Assembly (NCBI RefSeq): GCF_001194135.2
Contig: NC_069004.1
Span: 13,500,183 to 13,564,182, forward strand
Direction: 5' to 3'
Length of the DNA stretch: 64,000 nt
Source: Octopus bimaculoides
Lineage: Eukaryota
The translations under genes were made by a program, and so were the position numbers. The notes beneath the pieces are model-generated. The model did no database searches and was not told the origin of the DNA. It worked only from the letters and a program-made list of their open reading frames with translations. Of this stretch, positions 25,200 through 36,524 are shown in pieces (within the stretch, counting starts at the first letter, position 1; every line of letters starts with the position of its first letter).

Positions 25200-25700
25200 G
25201 TAGTTGCAGGTTTTGAGAAGCTTGTGATAAAGGAGAAGACAGAGATTTATAACACAGTGGAAAACCAAGAGTTCCAACAGGATGACCCTTCCTGATGGCC
25301 ATTTACCAAATCTGTTGCCGGTGCCTTAGGTTCCAAATCAGACAGAAGGTGATATGAGGGTGGAAGAGTACAGTAGATGTAAACCAGAAAAACCAAAGGA
25401 TTGCTTGAATTGAAACAAGGAGAGCTGCAGTAAACCATGTTAAGTAGCCAGAAGAGAAAGTGGACATTAAGTATGCTTAGAAAAGTGAGAAGTAGAAACT
25501 AAGAGGTTTGCACATGTCTTGCATAGGAAGCATTCAGAAAGATGTGAAGTGTTCCTGTTTGCAAGTTTATGTATGAGAGAAAATTGAGATGGCTTCAGAG
25601 AGATGTGAGTAAACAATGAAAATGGCTGAACTGCCCTTACTAAAGCCTAAAAGAAAGTTATGGAAGAGCTACTAAAAGAGGTAGTTGAATGAGGAGAGTC
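25200..25700 (+). mobile_element. Highly decayed RTE ORF2 fragment (region between endonuclease and RT)
   Basis: Frameshifted translations QICCRC, VARRE, KRFAHVL, EVFLFASLCMREN resemble RTE ORF2 by eye. Confidence 0.5.
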
Positions 25701-25731
25701 AATATTTACAATATACAAATAGAAAGGATTA

Positions 25732-26160
25732 CACTGTGTAACAAACTTTTAATTTTTTTTTTATCCTTGGTCAGTGTTATTTTCTATTTGCTTCAATCTA
25801 CAAATCAAAGGAAATCACTACTATTCCCTTTAAACTTTGCTCTTGTGACCTGGACATCAATGTTTTGAAACTGACCTATTTTCCATTACATTTCAGACAG
25901 ATTCAGCCCTGAGTTGCTGAAGCAGAACTTCCTAGAAGCTTCTAGAAGTTTCAAGAATTTCTAGAACGTTTGAGCAACATAGATGGCAGTCTGAATACAG
26001 GGAGTGCAAGCCTAACAATTCAGTTCACTTCTAGCTGTCCAAGTGGAGACAAATTTGAGAGAAGCAAAGTTTGAAGGAAATAGCCATACTGTCATACTTT
26101 CTAGGGGTAAGCAAATAGGAAATAACAGTTGCTACCCAAGAACATAAATCATATTTTACT
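25732..26160. mobile_element. Second copy of the 20195-20768 element
   Basis: Starts cactgtgtaacaaac; shared internal blocks. Confidence 0.6.
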
Positions 26161-26224
26161 GTGTAATGATCCAAGCTGTATTTGTATATATTCTATTTTG
26201 ATTTTATTTTATATATTTGTATTA

Positions 26225-26475
26225 TTGGGTTGGTCCATAATTATTGTGGCTTTTTTTCAACAAATTTTATTCAACAAAAACAATTACAACACGTAACAAA
26301 AACATCTTTAAATGATTATTCCGGTGAATATTCACCATCTACTTCAATTACTGCTTCCCATTTGCTTGGCAGATGGTCAGACTGTCATTTAAAGATGTTT
26401 CTGTTAAATATTGATATTGTTTTTGTTGAATAAAATTTATTGAAAAAAAGTCGCAATGATTATGCATCAACCCAA
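26225..26475. mobile_element. Mariner-derived foldback MITE
   Basis: TA|ttgggttggtccataattattg...caatgattatgcatcaacccaa|TA with ~95-bp imperfect arms; the centre encodes a mariner C-terminus HLPSKWEAVIEVDGEYSPE* on the minus strand. Confidence 0.85.
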
Positions 26476-26571
26476 TATTACCTTAATTCATAAAATTTAT
26501 TTCCCATGCTGTTATGAAACATGTAACTACAGCATTAAAACAGCATCATAAATTCCAGACTTTATTTTAAC

Positions 26572-26611
<40 letters not shown>

Positions 26612-27771
26612 CTTAGGTCCTACTATTACTAGGAGTATATGTACATAAGGGAAAGGGAGGGTAAGAGAAAGAAGTGCTTGCCCTAGAACCTATGTATGTG
26701 CAAACATGTACCATTGTTGTTCATTTCTTTTTTTCATGTTTGCTTTTTCTATATTGGCAAGTATTGGACAAGTAGTGTGGCCAGTAATCTATGGCCAAAT
26801 GGTCGTTTTGTTGCCAATGCTTAACATGTTTTATAAGTAGGGCACTTTTATTCCACTGACCTCCTAACATGATGAAATTATCAAATAACAGTACACATTG
26901 TTCATGAGAGGTGTAAATACTGTCATTGTTTTTGTTCACAGAGTGACAGTGTGAAGGCACATAGAAACCTTACCAGCTTCATACACATATGTTCCTTTCA
27001 ATAACTTCATCGATGAATTCTTTACTGACATTTTGTCATGTCCTCAACCAGATATTGCCCACTTGGTATCTGTGGTGTGTATATATACAGATATACATAA
27101 CTGATGTGTAAACATAAAAAATATATCCACAGTAATTCAGGACTCAACTGATGATAACACATAATTAAACTCCAATTTGTTAATATAATGCAGTAAATCC
27201 TGATGGACCAAACTTGCATGCATATATAGAATCAGTTAAAAATGATTGTTGAGAGCAGCTTCTTTAGAATAAAAGCTTTAATTTCACATGTAGTTCATAA
27301 TTTGTCCTCTACAACTGTTTCAATAGCATAAAACATCATTCATATAATTATGATACCTAACTGAAAAGCAATGTGTAACCCATATCTTCAGAAGTAAAAA
27401 AATGGTAATTGAGAAACCAGTGCTGATTTAAAAACAAACATTTGTAGTTAAATCTATAATGGTTTTCTTATTATCATTTCTTTTCTCCAGAAGATATAGG
27501 TAACACATTATTTAGATTAATCAATTATATATTTTAATTAATTAACCAATTAATGATAGCAGATAGTCATAAGATTGATTAAAGGGTTCAGAGTTTCAAG
27601 CATAGCACATTTTGGTGATTTTGTGTCAATTAATACATAGATAGATAGACAGATAGATAGATACATGCAAACAGATACAGTTAGACACATTGTTACACGC
27701 ACACACAACACAAAGAAATGACAACAGAAATTTCATTCTCAGCACAATCAAAGCAATAAAGTACAACTTAC

Positions 27772-27873
27772 TTCACCAAGCCGATTCTTGAGCTGTTGTA
27801 AACTAGCTTTTCGAAGGCCAGCAATTTGTTTCTCTAATTTTTGCACTTCATTCTCAAGTGTAGATTTTCTTTT
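27772..27873 (-). CDS. DOT1L: DOT1L exon E (102 nt, phase 0/0), coiled coil
   Basis: atttctcttgcag|AAAAGA...GGTGAA|gtaagt; encodes KRKSTLENEVQKLEKQIAGLRKASLQQLKNRLGE. Confidence 0.9.
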
Positions 27874-30800
27874 CTGCAAGAGAAATTCCATCAACATCAT
27901 CATCATCACCATTCTTCCTTTAACATCTATTGGTTCATGCAAACATGGAATTTCACAGATATTTCACTCAGCAAATTATTATTATTTTTTTTTTTCATTC
28001 ATGTCGGCTCAGAGAGATCCCACTGGAACTCGACAATACTTATTGTCTATTGACCATATAAGATGTGAAAGCTTGTTTTCTACTTCCAAATTCAGCCAAG
28101 CTTGATACAACCTTTCATACCTATAAAATAATCATCATCATTTAACATCCACTTTCCAAGCTGGCATGGGTTGACAGGAGCTGGCAAGGCCAGTGACCAC
28201 AACCAGATTCCATAGTCTGTTTTGACGTGGTTTCTATAGCTGGATACCCTTCCTAGGAACCTCAAGACAGTGATGATGGCCCGAGAAATGTGGCAGGTGG
28301 ACTTTGTTGCTACAGCCTCGGTAGGAACCCACCCATAATAATAAAGAGATATACCAGAAATACAGCGCAACAACCACTGTATATCTACCAGGAACAGTGA
28401 AAGTAACCACCCATAAAGATAGATGAGAGACAGAGTAATCTCCACTTACAAAATATAGTGACAAATACACAACCACCAACCGCAATACAGTAATGACCAC
28501 AGATACCAGAGAGACTAAATAACAACCGCCATATACATACCTTCTCCTCTTCTATTTGCCGTTCAACTGTTGTTTTATACTGCGGTGTTTTCATATAATT
28601 TAAAAATTCTGTGTAGCGTTGTTTGATGTTGTCTGCAATGAAATAACTTCATATCAACAATTCCTGTCGGCAATATTATATTCCATAACAAATCAATTAT
28701 GTTTAGGGTTACAGAAACATTTGATCAACCAATAGTCATGTGTGTACTAAACAGTCATACCCACCAATGAGAGATCAACCATCATGAATTCACTGACACT
28801 ATGGTGTACCATTGAAAGTGAACTCAACAACTGCATAGTGCTACCACTGCTTACAACAGTGACTTAATACACAGTACCAAGCTAGACTGCACTAGCACTA
28901 AAGAAACTTAAGCATTTTAGCTTCAGTACTGAACAAGATTGATTTTTGCAAGGAATATTTGTTGTCTGAGCAACACAGTATGAGCGAGAAGTAATGAACT
29001 ATATTTAAATATTAGAAAGCCTTAGCTGTGATAATGAACTATAAAAATGTAAACCCATTCCTTGTATGTTTTTGTATGCAGAGAAAAAATGGTGAGGAGT
29101 CTCCTGATGGTATGTTTCACAATTTATTGATCACTCTTAAGACAATGCACTCAATCTCCCTCCCCAATCAATAGTAAAGAGTTCAGCTGCTATATAAAGT
29201 AGTCAGCAATTAAGCTAATGCAGCAAAGGATAGTTTAATCTGCATATACTGCATTACATGCTTATTTAGGCCACTATCACTGCTAAAGCTTTTTAATATT
29301 TAAATTTATTTCTCAAATGTAACCAGGGTCAACTTTGCCTTTTATCCTTTCAGAGTTGATAAAATAAGTACCAGTTGAGCACTGGTGTTGATCTAATCCA
29401 CTTAGCCTGTTCTCCAAACTGGCTGGCTTTGTGCCAAAATATGAAACCAACATTTAAATTTATCTCACTACTTCTGATTCACACACACACATGCAAACAA
29501 GGTGATTGGGTACATCTTTGAAAAGCTATTAACAAATTGTAAAACAATCTGTCAAGAGACTTCCTCTGTTTTCCACATATTGAAAGTACAGAATGAATGT
29601 GCATTTCCTTATTATAGTTAATACTTATGCATTTCCTTATTATAGTTAATACTTATGCATTTCCTTATTATAGTTAATACTTATGCATTTCCTTATTATA
29701 GTTAATACTTTCCAATATTTCAATTTATTTCACCGAGACCTTTGGAAATGTGCTGTGCGTGAGAAGACCCGGCAAGCCAAGTAAGATCGTTGCCAGTGCC
29801 CCTGGACTGGCTCTTGTGCGGGTGGCACATAAGATGCACCATTTTGAGCGTGGCCGTTGCCAGTACCGCTTGACTAGCCTTCGTAGGATTTTCGAGCGAG
29901 ATCGTTGCCAGTGCCCCTGGACTGGCTTGTGTGGGTGGCACATAAAAGACACCATTTCGAGCGTGGCCGTTGCCAGTATCGCCTGACTGGCCTTCGTGCA
30001 GGTGACATGTAAAAGCACCTGAGTGGTTGGTGTTAGGAAGGGCATCCAGCTGTAGAAACTCTGCCAAATTTAGATTGGAGCCTGGTGTTGCCATCCGGTT
30101 TCACCAGTCCTCAGTCAGATCGTCCAACCCATGCTAGCATGGAAAGCGGACGTTAAACGATGATGATGATGATGATGATGACTGCCAATCTTTGTATCTG
30201 CCCTATTACTGCTGCCAGTCGTTTTATCTCTTGTTCAATTGTTTATAGTTCTAAGATGATTCAAAGCTGCAGGTGATGCTTGCAAGAATAAAACTGTATT
30301 AAAGTATCACAAGGTGCAGACATGGCTGTGTGGATAAGAAGTTTGCTTTGCAACCATATGGTTTTGGGTTCAGTTCCACTGTTTGGCACCTCGTGCAAAT
30401 GCCTTTTACTATAATACCAGGCAAACTAATGCATTGTGAGTGGAACAGGTATAAGGAAACTGTATGGAAGCTCACTATCTATATGTGCAATTGTTGATAT
30501 TCCTCAGCTTCATTTCAGTAAAGCAGTGATGTGATGTTTACATTCTCTGTAGATATTATGGCCAGTTGCTATGTGCATTCAAAAAAAAAAAAAAAAGGAT
30601 TGGCAACAAAAAGTGCATTCAGCCATAAAATGCTGCCTCAAATAGTCCTTCTCCACACTAGAATTGAGAGACATAGGTTAACCATTTAGCATTTAAGCCA
30701 ACCATACCTGGCCTAAATATCCTATCTGCTTTATGTTTAAACCCACAAGATCTGGCTTCTCACACCTACCCAACAATGTCATTCTAAAACTAAAAAATCA

Positions 30801-32616
30801 CATCATTGATATCTCAAAGCTACAAGTTAATGCATGATTAATTCAAAACAATGTGAATAGACAAGTGTTACATTTGACAGAGTAATCTAAATGCTAAAGA
30901 GTTAAACATACAAATGGAAATTGAGTCTGAAATGAAAACATTGTAAGGGGTGAAAAGGCTGTCAGCAGAGAGGATGCTGTGCTGAAGACAGTTACTTACC
31001 AAAGAAACGTTGCATTGCTGGAGGTACTTCTAATGCTGCTATTGTATGAGGTTGCGAACCAGATTTGAAATAGGCATCAGAAAAGGAAGTCATTGAACGA
31101 TCATTGCAACTAACACTATTCTCACTGGAAGCTAGAACAAGAAAGGAAAGATCAGAAGAGTTACAAGACTCAGGTAGTTCAGTATTTGAATTTAAATTCC
31201 ATATAGGCATAGATGTGGATGTGTAAACAAGAAGTTTGCTTCCCAACCACATGGTTTTGGGTTCAGTCCTACAATGTAGCACCTTGGGCAAGTGTCTTCT
31301 ACTATAGCCCCAGGTCGACCAAAGCTGTGCAAATGGCTTTGGTAGATGGAAACTAAGCCCATCATGTGTGTGTGTGTTTTTGCACTCCCCAGCTTAATCA
31401 CCAGTGCTGGTTTGTTTATGTCCCCATAACTTAGTGCTTCAGCAAGAGGGATGGATACAATAAGTACTGGCTTTATAAAATAAGTAATGGGGTCAATTTG
31501 TTTGACAAAACCCTTCAAGGTAGTGCTCCAGCATGGCTGCAGCCCATTAAGTAAAACAAGTAAAAGATATACTACGAAGGAGTAGGTAGAAATTTCATAC
31601 AATGTACCCAGTGTAAATTATGGATCCACAAGAAGCGTATTAGAATGACAGGTTGGTTGATAGTGGTGATAAGATTTGCAAGTGATAGATGTACAAAGAA
31701 TAAACAGATACTTGTAAGAAAACACACAAAGTAGCTTCATGCTTGGAAAGCTCTCCAAAAGGAATTGATAAGCTTTGCTACCTAAGTGACATAGTTAGCA
31801 GTAGTGGTGGGTGTATCAAGAATTTAATAGCCAGGGGTAAAACTAACATACATATGAATTGCTCCAAATAAAAAGGCTGACCAACAACTTAACCATTTGC
31901 CTCAACAAACTTGTCAAAAAAAATGTCTTGGAGTAAAACCAGTGTGAAGGATAAACTGACGTTTAACTAAGCTAATTACCAGTTGATGACGTTGATAAAA
32001 TTGTTTGCTTGTGCAACAAATTGAGTCCATCAATTGCCAAGGCTTTGTTCTTATTTCTAGCTTTGGGTCCTCGTGGTTTACACACAGCACCTCGGCGCCG
32101 GACTGAAAATTGAAAAAAAATTTAGAAAATTATATAAATTACAAACGTGTGGGTGTGTTTTTGTGTATACAAAGGAGAAAGTACTCAATACATGTAACAG
32201 AATGTCTCAAGCCAGTAATTCACTCCCTTATAAAAAGAAATTATCCACTTTAAACAAATTTATTTATTCAAGTGGCCATACTACAGCTGTTTCAACCTAA
32301 GAATTTTCATAAGATCCTTTGTTTGAAATAGATGTAGTGGCCACTTAATATGAAATCTCTCTATATATTTACAGTATCTATTCAGTACTTTCTCAAAAGA
32401 ATCTTTGTTTTACTTCTATTAAGAAAGAGTATCATATACCCACATACATACACACACACACAATGTATGTATGTGTGTGTATGCATGTGTGTATGTATTA
32501 TACACATACACATCAATAAATAAACAGCTTAATTCATTTCAGATTTAGATTTGTTAAGAATGGGAACAAAACAAAATGTTATATCTATTACAAATTGTTT
32601 TATATATGTGTGTGTT

Positions 32617-32649
<33 letters not shown>

Positions 32650-35600
32650 GCATATATAAAACAATTTTAGCCAACACACACACAATGTGTGTGTGTGTGC
32701 TGGTTAATACGAGCAAGTCATCAGGTTGTATGCAAAGTTCATTTTCCACCACTGAGTGATGTTCGTGGCAAAAATATTTAATACTTACAGGGTCAGTCAG
32801 CCTAGCATTGAAAAAATACCATGAAAAAATAAATGAGCACTCTGTTATGCTGAAGTATTTTGAAGAGGGTAGAAGGGAATGATATGTGCTCAAATTAATC
32901 AACAGGTTCTATCCCAGCCATCGCCATATCTTTGAATGATGGCAGTAAATAAATAAAAAAGTGGAAATAATAAAAATTGAGAGATGTTAATCTAAACTAG
33001 TGGTTCTCATCTAGGTTCATATGACCCCTGGGAATCCATTTAAGATTTTGTTGTCAAAATCTATGTGCAATAAATTGTTATACTTTTATAATACATAAAG
33101 TATTTAAAAAAATTTTTAACACTGCTCCTAATAATATTAAATCATAATAAATATAATATGATTTTTGAAACATCAAATGGCTAGGAGGAATCAAATGGGT
33201 CCATAGGTAAAAAATTATTGAGAAACACTAATTCACCTAATGTCAATTCAAAGTAATTCTCAAAAGAAGGAGAAGACCAACTGTGCCCCTTCTCTCTTTA
33301 AACTTGCAATTTTTCTTTTTAATGTAATTTCCAGAAAACTAAACACCTTAAAATAATCCTGGGGCCCGTATTTCAACATAAAAATCCAGAGATTACTCAT
33401 CACAAAAATCTAACCTGTTTAAGAATACGTTGAAATTAATCAATTAGTCAATAACCAAACTTTAAAGTTTAAAGGGAGCAAAAATATTGTTAAAATACAT
33501 TACCATACTCTCCATTGGTCCTGGTACCTTCCTCTTCCTTTGTCATCTTATTGGGGCTAGCTTTACTCTTTCTGCGATTCCGTTTCACTATTCGAGTATG
33601 ACATGTTGGTTTTTTAGCTTCCCCCTGGAACTGCCCCTGAAATAGCAAAATTAATCTAAGTTTGGTTGTTCATAAACATAATCAATAATAATAATAATAA
33701 TAATAATAATGATAATAATAATAATGATGATGATGATAACAACAATTGTTTCTAATTTAGGCATAAACTTCCCAAGCACATGGTTCCGAGTTCAGTTCTA
33801 TCGTGAGGAACATTGGGGCAAGTGACTTCTACTATAGCCTTAGGCCAACAAAAGTGAGTAGATCTGGTAGATGGAAGCTGAAAGAGGCCCATCATATGTG
33901 TGTGTGTGTGTGCGTGCGTACACATGTGTCTGTGTCTTTGTATTTGTCCCCCACCACTGCTTAACAACCAGTGTTGGCTTGTTTACATCTCCCATAACTT
34001 AGCAGTTTGGTAATAAAAAAAAAAAAAAAAGATAAGTACTGGGGTCAAAGCAGTGTCCCAGCATGGCCACAGTCCAATGGCTGAAACAAGTAAAAGATAA
34101 GAAATTTCATTAACTTATGTCTTTGAAGCCAAAGGACTCAAACTGCTATTTGTAATTGCCAGATCTGGACTAATTAGAAATTGATAATTTCTAGTAACAG
34201 ATACACCACAACATTGAAATATTCTGTCAATAATTTATTTCTAAGAATCTAGTTCAATGGATGGATTAAACACCTCACATAATAATTATAACTGGGATGG
34301 TCACAAATGGAATATCTCTGATCACTTAGCTAACTGATCAGAGCTGACCTGGAGCAAAAAAAAAAGAAAGAAAAAAAAAACACCCCACAATACTTATTAC
34401 TTAATCAACACTGTGTGTGCGTGTGTATTCTTGTCTCTTCATGACACTACCATTTAATATTCACTCATTGAATGGAGGTAGCTAGCTTAGTGGTTAGGGT
34501 ACTGGCCTCATGATTGTAAGATCGTGGTTTCAATTCCTGGACCGAGTGATGTGTTGTGTTCTTGAGCAAAACACTTCATTTCATGTTGCTCCAGTTCACT
34601 TAGTTGGCAAAAATGAGTAATCCTGCAACAGAATGGTGTCCTGTCCAGGGAGGAATATATATATGCCAGAGAAACTGGGAAGCCGGCCACATACTCCTTA
34701 CAGAGAAATGTGGACTAAATTTTGACGAGCAGGACTATGTTGATTACATCAACCCCAGTACTTGACTGGTACCTTATTTTATCAACCATGAAAGGACAAA
34801 TGGCAAAGTTGACCTCAGTAGCATTTCAACTCAGAATATAAAGCCAGAAGAAATGTTGGTCCAACATGCAAATGATACTGCCAGCTTGCTGCTTTAGATA
34901 TAGTCTAATATCGCCTTCAAATTTTGGCACAAGGCCAGCAATTTTAGGAGATGGGGTAAGTTGATTACATCAACCCCAGTGTTTAACTGGTACTTATTTT
35001 ATCGACATCGAAAGGATGAAAGGCAAAATCAACAGAATTTGAATCCAGAACATAAACACGGACAAAATTCTGCTACACGTTTTGTGCAGCATGCTAATGA
35101 TTCTGCCAGCTTTGCCTCCTTGGATACAGCCGAATATTAAAGCTAAAAATTCTCAACTCAGTGAAAATAATAAAGATATTATAAACAACACTGGAGTGTA
35201 GCACATGATTCCTATAAAATAAGCATTAATATTTTGCAAACTGGGTAAAGAAAGATGCAAAAATTCTCTGATTTATTAAGTTACCTTCCATCTCAAGTCA
35301 TGCTGCCTGGATAGGATGCCAGTCCATCATAGGATTACTCATTTTTGCCAGCTGAGTAGATTAAAGCAATGTAAAATGAAGTGTTTTGCTCAAGAACACA
35401 ATAAGTTGCCCAGTCCAGGAATCAAAACCAGAATCTTACAATCATGAGTCCGACACCCTAACCACTTAGCCACATGCCTCCACTGTATGACGTATTCAAG
35501 AAACATCAATAAATATTGCCCTGCAAGATTCCCTAAACCATGTGAAGTAAGTACCAGGTTTATATACAATTGGTACATTCTAATTAATTATTGCTTTCAG

Positions 35601-36492
35601 GTTTTGGCACAAGGCCAGTAATTCTGGGAGGGGGGGGGGGNNNNNNNNNNNNNNNNNNAAAGGTAAGTTGATTACGTTGACCCCAGTGCTCAACTTGATA
35701 CTTATTTTATCAACCCTGAAAGGATGAGTGGCAAAGTAGACCTTGGCAGGATTTGCACTCAGAATCTAAAGACAAACAAAATGCTACTGAAGATGATAAA
35801 ATTGTATAACACATTCAAGAAACATCAGTAAATATTGCCCTACAAGATTCCCTAAACTATGTAAAGTGCCAGGTTTATGTACAATTGGTACATTCTCAGT
35901 AATTATTGAAGACAAAACATTCACATAAAATAGAATTCTAAGACAGCAAGGGTTTTATGACATTTTCCTCACAAACAATGTTAATAAAACAATCTCTTTG
36001 ATATGAATTTGTATATCTCACCTTATACAGAAATAGACTATATTATTTTAAAATAGTAATAAATCAAGTTAATTATTTTCAAGGTCCCACATTAATTATA
36101 GAAATGTAATAGAGATTGCGGAGACAGTAGAAGGAAAGAAAAAAATTCAATATTTATGATATTTTGTCTAATTTGTTATTTGAATTGAATACAACACCAA
36201 ACTTGCAGCAGCTATAGATAAACCCTCAATAGGACTGAGACAAAACTATTGTAGTGACTGGAGGTGTGTAGTTCTAGGATACGGATGAAAGGAAACTGAA
36301 GTGGTGGAGGTGGATACCACATGGCAGAAGACTGCTAAGGATGGTAGAGGACAGATCTATGGGGAAACTAGTGTAGGGGTAGTGAACAGATCAATGGAAA
36401 ACTAATTAGGTGGTAGCAGATAGTTCTGTGGTTGTTGATGTCCAAGGGAGTAGAGAAATGTAAGGATGGTGTGAAACAATCAGTGAGAAAGG

Positions 36493-36524
<32 letters not shown>

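Noticed and set aside
27481-27489. Plus-strand tttcttttctccag|AAGATATAG|gtaaca
   Set aside because: Antisense to DOT1L, with no other plus-strand exons to connect to.
29599-30000. Regularly spaced repeats as a possible CRISPR array
   Set aside because: The 28-bp units have no spacers, the downstream units are RTE 3'UTR internal repeats, and the context is eukaryotic with no cas genes.
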